Assembly (NCBI RefSeq): GCF_001652585.1
Contig: NZ_LWLG01000007.1
Coordinates: 30,001-62,000, forward strand
DNA length: 32,000 nt
Direction of reading: 5' to 3'
From: Thermosulfurimonas dismutans
GTDB taxonomy: Bacteria > Desulfobacterota > Thermodesulfobacteria > Thermodesulfobacteriales > Thermodesulfobacteriaceae
Position numbers and translations under genes: made by a program. Below, one piece after another: positions 25,554 to 32,000 of the stretch. Within the stretch, counting starts at the first letter, position 1, and each line of letters begins with the position of its first letter. Under the pieces are notes generated by a model that saw nothing but the letters and a program-made list of their open reading frames with translations, did not search any database and was not told the DNA's origin.

Positions 25554-26000
25554 CTAACTTCCGTAAAAGAAAATGGGCTCCACCAATTTGATACCACCTT
25601 TATAGACCACCTCAAGGGCCTTATCAAAATTCTCGTCAGGGACCTTGAAGACCAAAACCGCTCGGTCACCGCCTCCCACAAAGGCGTAGGTATAATCCAC
25701 ATTGATGTCAGCTTCAGAGAGAAGCTTTACCACCTGATAGAAACCACCCGGTTTGTCCTCCACCTCCACCGCAAAGACGCTTTGCTCCTTAACGGTAAAA
25801 CCAGCCGCCGAAAGGACACTACGGGCCTTCTCCGGATTGTCCACCACTAGCCGCAGGATCCCGAACTCCGCACTTTCGGCAAGCGCAAGCGCACGGATGT
25901 TCACCTGAGCCTTATAGAGGGTCTCGGTGAGTTCCTTAAGACGCCCCTTACGGTTTTCAAGAAAGATCGAAAGCTGTTTTATGGCGTATTGGCTTCGCAT
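25554..26000 (-). CDS. ACT-domain protein (tandem ACT), PaaK-associated type
   Basis: 148 aa. Two ACT-like beta-alpha-beta-beta-alpha-beta units (LSIFLENRKGRLKELTETL... and VFAVEVEDKPGGFYQVVKLL...). It starts 2 nt after the paaK stop. Confidence 0.8.
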   Translation of the reverse strand: MRSQYAIKQLSIFLENRKGRLKELTETLYKAQVNIRALALAESAEFGILRLVVDNPEKARSVLSAAGFTVKEQSVFAVEVEDKPGGFYQVVKLLSEADINVDYTYAFVGGGDRAVLVFKVPDENFDKALEVVYKGGIKLVEPIFFYGS

Positions 26001-26002
26001 GG

Positions 26003-27316
26003 CTAACCTCCAAGTTTTTCCTGTAATTCACGACGATCAATAACCCTCTTGGCCTTGCCCATAGAACGTTCCAGGGTTTTGGGTTCAACCAATTTAACCC
26101 TGGCTCTCAAAAATAGGTGATTGGCCAGTTCTTCCTCGAGTTTGTGTTTGAGATTTTCAAGAGATCCCAGATCCCCGGTAAAGATGCGTTCGTCCACCTC
26201 CACCCAGACCTCAAGGACATCAAGTACTCCTCGCTTGTCCACCACAATGACGTAATTGGGGGTAAGGCCTTCTACCTTGGTGAGCACGTGCTCCACCTGA
26301 GAGGGGAAGACGTTTACTCCAGAGACGATGAGCATATCGTCGCTTCGGCCAACCACTTTCCCCATGCGAAGGATAGTCCGTCCGCAACGGCAAGGCTCCC
26401 GATAGATCCGCGAGATGTCCCTGGTACGGTAGCGAATGAGGGGTAGGGCCTGCTTGGTAAGGGTGGTAAAGACCAACTCGCCCTCCTCGCCCTCTGGAAG
26501 CACCTCTCCGGTCGCGGGATCTATGATCTCGGGATAGAAATGATCTTCAAAAATGTGAAGTTCCCCGTACTCACAAGAAGCTGCTACCCCCGGACCAATG
26601 ATCTCCGAAAGACCGTAAGCCTCAAAATATTTAATGCCCCAGGCCTCGGCCACCGCCTGTCTCAGGCCTTCCGAGGCCGGTTCGGCTCCGAAGAAGCCCG
26701 CTCGGAGCTTAAAATCGTTTCGGGGATCGAACCCTTCCTCCTCGGCCACTTCCGCAAGATGCAGGGCGTAGGAAGGGGTGGAACAGAGAATGGTAGCCCC
26801 GAAATCCCGCATAAGCATGAGCTGACGCTTGGTGAAACCCACGCTTGAAGGCACCACCGCCGCCCCAAGGGCCTCGGCCCCGTAGTGGAACCCGAGACCT
26901 CCGGTAAATAGCCCATAACCATAAGCATTGTGGACCACATCTCCCGGGCCCACTCGGGCCATAAGGAGGGACCGCATCATGACCTCAATCCAGACCTTCA
27001 TGTCGTGTTCGGTATAGGCCACCACCGTAGGCTTACCCGTAGTCCCGGAAGAGGAGTGGATCCGCACTACCTGATCCATGGGGACTGCGAGCAACCCGAA
27101 GGGATAGTGATCCCGTAGATCCTGTTTGGTGGTAAAAGGCAAATTTTTGATGTCCTCGAGACTTCGGATATCCTGAGGCCTGATACCAACCTCATCAAAT
27201 TTGGCCTTATAGAAGGGCACTAAATTGTAAACTCTGGTAACGGTCTCCTTGAGGCGTCTTAGTTGGAGAGCTTCGAATTCCTCACGTGAAAGGTAATCGG
27301 CGGCATTCGGTTTCAT
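26003..27316 (-). CDS. paaK: Phenylacetate-CoA ligase (adenylate-forming)
   Basis: 437 aa. [43 protein letters not shown]-binding motif [16 protein letters not shown], and TRDISR...CRCGRT. SD GGGGAGGA precedes the ATG. Confidence 0.92.
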   Translation of the reverse strand: MKPNAADYLSREEFEALQLRRLKETVTRVYNLVPFYKAKFDEVGIRPQDIRSLEDIKNLPFTTKQDLRDHYPFGLLAVPMDQVVRIHSSSGTTGKPTVVAYTEHDMKVWIEVMMRSLLMARVGPGDVVHNAYGYGLFTGGLGFHYGAEALGAAVVPSSVGFTKRQLMLMRDFGATILCSTPSYALHLAEVAEEEGFDPRNDFKLRAGFFGAEPASEGLRQAVAEAWGIKYFEAYGLSEIIGPGVAASCEYGELHIFEDHFYPEIIDPATGEVLPEGEEGELVFTTLTKQALPLIRYRTRDISRIYREPCRCGRTILRMGKVVGRSDDMLIVSGVNVFPSQVEHVLTKVEGLTPNYVIVVDKRGVLDVLEVWVEVDERIFTGDLGSLENLKHKLEEELANHLFLRARVKLVEPKTLERSMGKAKRVIDRRELQEKLGG

Positions 27317-27359
27317 GACTATCCTCCCCAGACTTTTATCCCTCCCTTACCAAAAAATG

Positions 27360-27378
27360 GCCTTCAAGGCAAGAAGGC
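27360..27378. terminator. Terminator-like hairpin flanked by A-tract and T-rich run (either strand); function uncertain
   Basis: GCCTTC-aaggcaa-GAAGGC, preceded by AAAAAA (27352-27357) and followed by TTATTCTTATTTTATTTT. On the minus strand it sits 44-62 nt upstream of the paaK ATG and is followed by CATTTTTTGG. Confidence 0.3.
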
Positions 27379-27444
27379 TTATTCTTATTTTATTTTGCAA
27401 CTGGGACGACTACGCCGATAACGGCTATTATTTCCTCTTCTCTG

Positions 27445-27480
27445 AGACCCGCTTTTTCAAATCCCAAAGGGTCTTTTTCT
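27445..27480 (+). terminator. Terminator-like hairpin plus T-run in the region upstream of the HD-hydrolase gene
   Basis: AGACCC (27445-27450) pairs with GGGTCT (27469-27474) across an 18-nt loop, and the hairpin runs into TTTTTCT. There is no upstream + strand gene to terminate, so if real it would be an attenuator-type element. Confidence 0.28.
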
Positions 27481-27557
27481 CCGGATGGCTCTCCGTGACA
27501 TTTGGCACACAAAAATTCAACTTTACAGGAGAGGCGTAAGCTTTTACTTTTAAAGCT

Positions 27558-28133
27558 ATGAGTGCCTTCCATCGTTACGCCAAGGCCCTATTTGAGGCCG
27601 CTATGTTGAAACACCTAAAGCGCACGGGTTACGCCTATCTAGGTAGCGGCGAGGAGAGTGTAGCGGCTCACAGCTTTGGAGTGATCTTCTGTGCCTGGCT
27701 TCTGGCGGAACTTGTCCCAGAGGCTGATACCGAAAAGGTCATTAAAATGGCCATCCTGCACGATCTTGCTGAGGCCCGTATAGGAGATCTTAATTCTGTA
27801 AACAAACTCTATGATAGCGCGGACGAAAAAAGGGCCTTCCAGGATACCCTTTCCGGCCTACCTTTTGAGGAGGAAGGGAAACAACTCCTTGAAGAATATT
27901 TGGCTCAGAAAAGCCTTGAGGCCAGGCTGGCCCGGGATGCCGACCAACTTGATCTCATGATCATGCTCAAAGAGCAGAAGGATCTCGGTAACCCTTATGC
28001 GCCGCGGTGGCTGGCCTACGCCAAAAGACGCCTTAAGACCGAAAGCGGACGCCAGCTTGCCGAAGCCATCCTTGAGACCGACTGGGCTTCCTGGTGGCTC
28101 GATCAGTTTGTAGATCCGGATGAAAAGGCCTGA
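27558..28133 (+). CDS. HD-domain phosphohydrolase, YfbR/HDDC2-like (5'-nucleotidase type)
   Basis: 191 aa. LKHLKRTGYAYLG...ESVAAHSFGV (first His), ILHDLAEARIGDL (HD...D) and RDADQLDLMI (distal Asp) form the H...HD...D pattern. No SD precedes the ATG. A weak TTTACA-17-TACTTT promoter ends 7 nt before it. Confidence 0.83.
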   Translation: MSAFHRYAKALFEAAMLKHLKRTGYAYLGSGEESVAAHSFGVIFCAWLLAELVPEADTEKVIKMAILHDLAEARIGDLNSVNKLYDSADEKRAFQDTLSGLPFEEEGKQLLEEYLAQKSLEARLARDADQLDLMIMLKEQKDLGNPYAPRWLAYAKRRLKTESGRQLAEAILETDWASWWLDQFVDPDEKA

Positions 28134-29148
28134 GCTCGCCCTTTGTAGTCGCTGTGGCCGATGTCTGGCAGTCTGTCCTACTTATGTGGCCACCCAACGA
28201 GAATTCTTTTCGCCACGGGGAAGGATTTTTCTCTTTGAGGCCGGCCTTTGGGAGCATCCGGCCCTGGAAACCTGTCTTGCCTGTGGAAACTGTGAAAACG
28301 CTTGCCCTAACCGGGTACCGCTTCCCGAACTTGTCTTTTTAAAAAAATTGGAAGATCCTTCTTCCTCAAAAATCCCTATTTCTAAAGGCCCTCTTCTTAC
28401 CTGGCTTCCCAAAGAAGGGACGTTGCTTGACAAGCTCTGTACAGATCAGCTTCCGAAACGAGCTTCCCGGACGTTCAGTCAAAACCTAAAACTTCCAGAA
28501 AAGGGCGATGTTACCATCTTCCTTTCCTGTGGAGCGGAATACCTTTATCCCAAAGCCACCCACAAGCTGATCCTGTTTCTAAAAGGCATGGGATACTCGC
28601 CGGGAGTTACCAGACCTCTTTGTTGTGGGCTTCCGGCGGCCTCCATCGGAAGAAAAAAAGTATTCCTTGAGCAGTCCCGAAACACCCTTGAAGTCCTATC
28701 TCAGACCGAAGGCCCCATTCTTACCCTTTGCGCTTCTTGCCTGTGGATGTTCAAGAAAGTTTATCCCTTGGTCTTTTCAGATACCAAGGAAGAAAAAAAA
28801 GTCCATTCGGTAGCTCAACGTGTAGAGGAAGCCCTGAGCCACCTTAGCCCGAAGGTCTCTACTTGGCCTTTTCAAGTGGATGACTTAGCTATACACATTC
28901 CTTGCCATTTGAAAGAATTTAAACCCCAAATTTCGTTCCAAGGGTCTCAAATAAATCTTTGCTGCGGTTCTGTAACCCCTAAAAGGCTTCTTTTTGAAAA
29001 CCAGCTTCCGAAACCATTTCTCGAAAAACTTATGGAACTCGGTCCTTCCCTTCTTGTCACCGCCTGTACGGGTTGTTATCTTAAATTGAGAAAACTTCTT
29101 AAAGTCCCTCCAGAAGTAAAGCATTGGGCGGAGTTGTTAAGTGTTTGA
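28120..29148 (+). CDS. Fe-S oxidoreductase subunit: 2x[4Fe-4S] ferredoxin motif plus two CCG domains (GlcF/GlpC/HdrD-like)
   Basis: 342 aa. CSRCGRCLAVCP and CLACGNCENACP are both CxxCxxCxxxCP motifs. The two cysteine-rich CCG domains are marked by RPLCCGLP and HIPCHL...NLCCGS...TACTGC. It overlaps the HD gene by 14 nt. Confidence 0.85.
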   Translation: MKRPELALCSRCGRCLAVCPTYVATQREFFSPRGRIFLFEAGLWEHPALETCLACGNCENACPNRVPLPELVFLKKLEDPSSSKIPISKGPLLTWLPKEGTLLDKLCTDQLPKRASRTFSQNLKLPEKGDVTIFLSCGAEYLYPKATHKLILFLKGMGYSPGVTRPLCCGLPAASIGRKKVFLEQSRNTLEVLSQTEGPILTLCASCLWMFKKVYPLVFSDTKEEKKVHSVAQRVEEALSHLSPKVSTWPFQVDDLAIHIPCHLKEFKPQISFQGSQINLCCGSVTPKRLLFENQLPKPFLEKLMELGPSLLVTACTGCYLKLRKLLKVPPEVKHWAELLSV

Positions 29149-30070
29149 ACCCTCGTACTTGAAACTAATCGAGTCCGGAGAGCTAGATCGTCGCATAAAT
29201 GCCCTTTACGCCCGTATAAGTCCCTGTCTCCTTTGTCCTAACGAGTGCGGAGTGGATAGGCTTTCTGGAGAAAAGGGGCTATGTCAAGTGGGGGCTAGAC
29301 CTATGGTTTCTAGTTACGGCCCACATTTCGGAGAGGAAGACCCCCTCGTAGGTTTCGGGGGCTCTGGTACCATCTTTTTCACCTACTGTAATATGGCCTG
29401 CGTGTACTGCCAGAACTGGGAGATAAGTCATCTCGGAGAGGGAGAAGAAATTTCCGTAGAAGACTTGGCCCGTATCATGTTGCTTCTTCAAGCCCGGGGC
29501 TGCCATAATATCAATCTAGTTACCCCTACCCATCAGATCCCCTTTATTGTGGAAGCGTTAAAACTTGCGGCCAAGGAGGGTTTAAGGCTTCCTTTGGTTT
29601 ATAACTGTGGCGGCTATGAATCCGTAGAGACTTTGCGGCTTCTTGAAGATATCGTGGATATCTATATGCCGGATATCAAATATGCGGAAGAGAAGGTGGC
29701 CGCAAGACTCTCCAAGGTCACGGACTATCCGAGAAAGGCGAAAGAGGCCTTGAAGGAGATGCACCGTCAGGTGGGAGACCTAGTCATAGAGGATGGAGTA
29801 GCAGTAAGAGGGCTTCTGGTAAGACATCTAGTGCTTCCGGGGAATCTTTCCGGAACCAAAGAGGTCCTTTCTTTTATAGCCCAGGAAATATCGCCTGACA
29901 CTTACGTAAATCTTATGGATCAATATCGTCCCTGCGGAGAAGCCTGGAAATATCCCCCGCTTGATCGATCTTTAAGCCAAGAGGAGTATGAAGAAGCCCT
30001 TAGGTTTGCTCGAGAGGTAGGGCTTAAACGCCTTGATGAACGACGTTCTCGCTTCGTCCTCGCAATATGA
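29141..30070 (+). CDS. Radical SAM protein, PflX-like (COG1313-type, uncharacterised activase-like family)
   Basis: 309 aa. N-terminal Cys cluster CLLCPNECGVDRLSGEKGLCQVG, then the canonical FFTYCNMACVYCQNWEIS (CX3CX2C). GTG start overlapping the upstream stop by 8 nt. Confidence 0.83.
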   Translation: MFEPSYLKLIESGELDRRINALYARISPCLLCPNECGVDRLSGEKGLCQVGARPMVSSYGPHFGEEDPLVGFGGSGTIFFTYCNMACVYCQNWEISHLGEGEEISVEDLARIMLLLQARGCHNINLVTPTHQIPFIVEALKLAAKEGLRLPLVYNCGGYESVETLRLLEDIVDIYMPDIKYAEEKVAARLSKVTDYPRKAKEALKEMHRQVGDLVIEDGVAVRGLLVRHLVLPGNLSGTKEVLSFIAQEISPDTYVNLMDQYRPCGEAWKYPPLDRSLSQEEYEEALRFAREVGLKRLDERRSRFVLAI

Positions 30071-30711
30071 AGATATTTGCAGTCGGTGATGTCCACGGAT
30101 GTGCGGAGGCACTGGAAGCCCTGCTTGATAGGCTTCCGGTGGAATGGGGAAAGGATTTGTTGATCTTTTTAGGGGATTATATAGATCGAGGGCCTTCTCC
30201 CAGAAAAGTGATCGAGATGGTGAAGAAACTCGTAACCGAATATCCTAACAAAGTGATAGCCCTTTCGGGAAACCATGAATGGATGTTTAAAAGATATCTT
30301 AAAGGTATAGAATCCGCGGTTTTTCTCTATAACGGAGGGGAGATCACTCTCAGAGACTACTTTGAACGGGGGAAACTTAACATCCCTGAGGAGGACTTAA
30401 ACTTTCTAGAATCGCTTCCTCTGTATTATGAGACCAAGGATTTCTTTTTCGTGCATGCCGGTATTCGACCCGGAATTCCCTTTGATAAACAGGACGAGGA
30501 AGACCTTCTTTGGATCCGGGAAAGTTTTTATTACTATCCAGGAAAGTTCGAAAAAACTATAGTATTTGGACATACGCCTTTTCCAGAACCACTGGATCTT
30601 CCGGATAGGATAGGCATAGATACGGGTTGTGTTTACGGAGGAAAGCTCACGGCTGTTGAACTTCCAGCACGCAAATACTACCAGGTAGATTGTCTTAGGA
30701 GGTGGGTATGA
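30067..30711 (+). CDS. Calcineurin-like metallophosphoesterase, ApaH/PrpA-PrpE-like (Ser/Thr phosphatase or diadenosine polyphosphatase family)
   Basis: 214 aa. GDVHGC, GDYIDRGP, GNHE, VHAG and GHTP appear in the canonical order. ATGA overlap with the upstream gene. Confidence 0.9.
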   Translation: MKIFAVGDVHGCAEALEALLDRLPVEWGKDLLIFLGDYIDRGPSPRKVIEMVKKLVTEYPNKVIALSGNHEWMFKRYLKGIESAVFLYNGGEITLRDYFERGKLNIPEEDLNFLESLPLYYETKDFFFVHAGIRPGIPFDKQDEEDLLWIRESFYYYPGKFEKTIVFGHTPFPEPLDLPDRIGIDTGCVYGGKLTAVELPARKYYQVDCLRRWV

Positions 30712-31229
30712 GCGTAATCTTTGATGATTTTGATGACGATCATTACGCTAAGCGGCCTTCATGGCGCGAAATTGATCGCCTTAGAGATCGCAGTCTCCAT
30801 GCCCGTTTACGTGAGAAAAGGGAAAGGGAAACGGCTCAAAAATCCATAAACCGTTCCTCCTGGCTCAAGGAAAAGTATCTCAAAGAAGTGGAAAAGCTTT
30901 TTGCCGGTAAAAAGGGCAAACCGGAGCATGAGAAGGCCTTAAAACGCCTTAAGAACGCCTACGGCACCCAGAGGTTTACCAAGGTGGCCCGGGAATATGT
31001 AAAGGCCTATGGCCTCCCTGAGGACTGGAACACCCTGCTCTTATTGCTCGAAGCCGGAGATGAGGCTATCGTCTGCGAGGCCATGGAAACCTTGGCCAAA
31101 GTGGCCCCGGAGAAGGGACCGCTTGAGCGCCAGGGTTTCCAAGCCAAGGTGAGAACTCTTAGTCTCATGAGCGAAAACGAGAAGATAAAGCGTACCGCTA
31201 GGAAAGTACTGGAGGAACTTTCCGCCTAA
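30708..31229 (+). CDS. Hypothetical protein with a highly charged N-terminal half
   Basis: I prefer the ATG at 30708 (MSVIFDDFDDDHYAKRPSWREIDRLRDRS...), which makes an ATGA overlap and is preceded by AGGAGG at 30696-30701, over the track's GTG at 30702. About 173 aa with no motif I recognise. It keeps the codon composition and frame of its neighbours. Confidence 0.6.
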   Translation: MSVIFDDFDDDHYAKRPSWREIDRLRDRSLHARLREKRERETAQKSINRSSWLKEKYLKEVEKLFAGKKGKPEHEKALKRLKNAYGTQRFTKVAREYVKAYGLPEDWNTLLLLLEAGDEAIVCEAMETLAKVAPEKGPLERQGFQAKVRTLSLMSENEKIKRTARKVLEELSA

Positions 31230-32000
31230 TGCAAGCTGAAATTGTGGCCTTTCTGGAATACCTGACCCTAGAAAGGAATCTCTCCGAGAACACCCTGCAA
31301 TCATATGCCCGGGATCTTGGGGATTTCAAAGAGTTTCTCGAAAAAGAAGGGATAGACGACCTCAAGGAAGTCTCGATAGAGACGATACTTCTCTTTCTAG
31401 AGAGCTTAAAAAGACGAAAGCTCTCTTCCTCAAGTGTGGCTCGAAAACTCTCGGCCTTGAGGAGTTTTTTTCGATTTCTTGAACTGGAGAAAGGTTTCAC
31501 CAACAACCCTCTGCTTTTGGTAGAAAGCCCCAAACTCCCTCAGCGATTGCCCAAGGTACTTACTATAAATGAGGTCGAAAGGCTACTTTCCGCTCCTGAC
31601 ACTTCGACCCCCCGAGGTTTGAGAGACAAAGCCATGCTTGAGACCCTTTATGCTACCGGTCTTCGTGTCTCGGAACTGGTAGCCCTTACTTTCTCTCAGC
31701 TCAATCTTTCGGCAGGCTTCGTGCGAGTCTTTGGCAAAGGCTCCAAAGAGAGACTGGTCCCACTAGGAGACTTTGCCCGAGAATATCTGGAACGCTATAT
31801 CCGGGAGGCTCGTCCTAAACTCCTTTCAGGACGCTCTGACCCTCCTCAGGTCTTCCTAAACCGCTACGGGAAACCCCTTACTCGACAGCGTTTCTGGCAG
31901 ATTATCAAAGATTATGCCCGCAAAGTGGGTATAGATACCGAAATCTCCCCTCATGTTTTGCGGCATTCCTTCGCCACCCATCTACTTGAAGGAGGAGCGG
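31229..32000 (+). CDS. xerD: Tyrosine recombinase XerD/XerC family, partial (C-terminus outside the window)
   Basis: Not in the ORF track because it runs off the edge. My translation from the ATG at 31229 (TAATG overlap) reads MQAEIVAFLEYLTLERNLSENTLQSYARDLGDFKEFL...RDKAMLETLYATGLRVSELVAL...VFGKGSKERLVPLG...HVLRHSFATHLLEGGA. The catalytic Arg (ATGLR) and the HxLRH box are present. Confidence 0.87.
   Translation, partial: MQAEIVAFLEYLTLERNLSENTLQSYARDLGDFKEFLEKEGIDDLKEVSIETILLFLESLKRRKLSSSSVARKLSALRSFFRFLELEKGFTNNPLLLVESPKLPQRLPKVLTINEVERLLSAPDTSTPRGLRDKAMLETLYATGLRVSELVALTFSQLNLSAGFVRVFGKGSKERLVPLGDFAREYLERYIREARPKLLSGRSDPPQVFLNRYGKPLTRQRFWQIIKDYARKVGIDTEISPHVLRHSFATHLLEGGA

Noticed and set aside
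27501-27520. Exact TGGCAC (sigma54 -24-like element) upstream of the HD gene
   Set aside because: The required TTGC(A/T) -12 element at the fixed spacing is absent; the sequence continues ACAAAAATTCA.
27315-27539. 74-aa + strand ORF in the paaK/HD intergenic region
   Set aside because: Its ATG overlaps the paaK start codon on the opposite strand and has no SD. The product (LILILFCNWDDYADNGYYFLFSETRFF...) has no recognisable features and crosses both hairpins.
27390-27572. 60-aa minus-strand ORF containing a CAKCH (CXXCH, haem-c-like) motif, upstream of paaK
   Set aside because: It has no SD, no signal peptide (which a c-type cytochrome requires) and no internal alternative start. Its ATG lies inside the HD-hydrolase coding region, and it spans hairpin 27445-27474. 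The terminator-like hairpin just downstream (27360-27378) keeps it from being fully excluded, so the region is reported as a finding rather than a gene.
29141-30070. The radical SAM protein as a prokaryotic viperin-like antiviral enzyme
   Set aside because: The FFTYCNMACVYCQNWEIS motif and the N-terminal CxxCPxxC cluster match the PflX-like activase group rather than viperin. No nucleotide kinase or other defence context is present.
31229-32000. The tyrosine recombinase as the integrase of a mobile element
   Set aside because: Its N-terminal core-binding domain and motifs match XerC/XerD housekeeping recombinases. It is the last gene of a chain of chromosomal-looking genes. I saw no tRNA, direct repeats or phage/IS genes. 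The truncated C-terminus prevents a full check.

Overview
This is a compact bacterial chromosomal window. It is almost fully coding, with many start/stop overlaps and convergent genes only 7-9 nt apart or overlapping. The protein composition (rich in E, K, R, L), a LonC-type protease, a fused SecDF and a PaaK/ACT pair suggest a thermophilic anaerobe, possibly Thermodesulfobacteriota-like. That assignment is inference only. Most genes are housekeeping: purQ-like (partial), cbiA, hup, a fur-family regulator, an MltD-like lytic transglycosylase, a ZnuA/TroA-type binding protein, secDF, a Lon-like protease, a PaaI thioesterase, waaA, ligA, paaK plus an ACT protein, and xerD (partial). I found no rRNA, tRNA, CRISPR array, transposase or phage genes. 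Five things stand out. (1) An AT-rich, translationally coupled type IV pilus tip cassette at about 700-7172 encodes a small Cys protein, a vWA-PilY1 and four minor pilins in non-canonical order, and pilY1 itself has mosaic base composition. (2) A secreted 986-aa fusion joins an M1-like zinc peptidase, a ChaN/TIKI-type domain and a PDZ domain. (3) A Lon-like protease with degenerate Walker A/B motifs is divergently paired (68 bp) with a B12-type radical SAM enzyme carrying a CX4CX2C motif and no visible substrate gene. (4) A six-gene chain with overlapping boundaries runs HD hydrolase, ferredoxin/CCG Fe-S protein, PflX-like radical SAM, ApaH-like phosphoesterase, unknown protein, XerD. It is preceded by a 240-nt hairpin-rich region. 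(5) The fur/mltD divergent control region contains nested palindromes and a possibly leaderless start. No finding amounts to a demonstrated new system. All functional links are hypotheses that need homology searches and comparative genomics.
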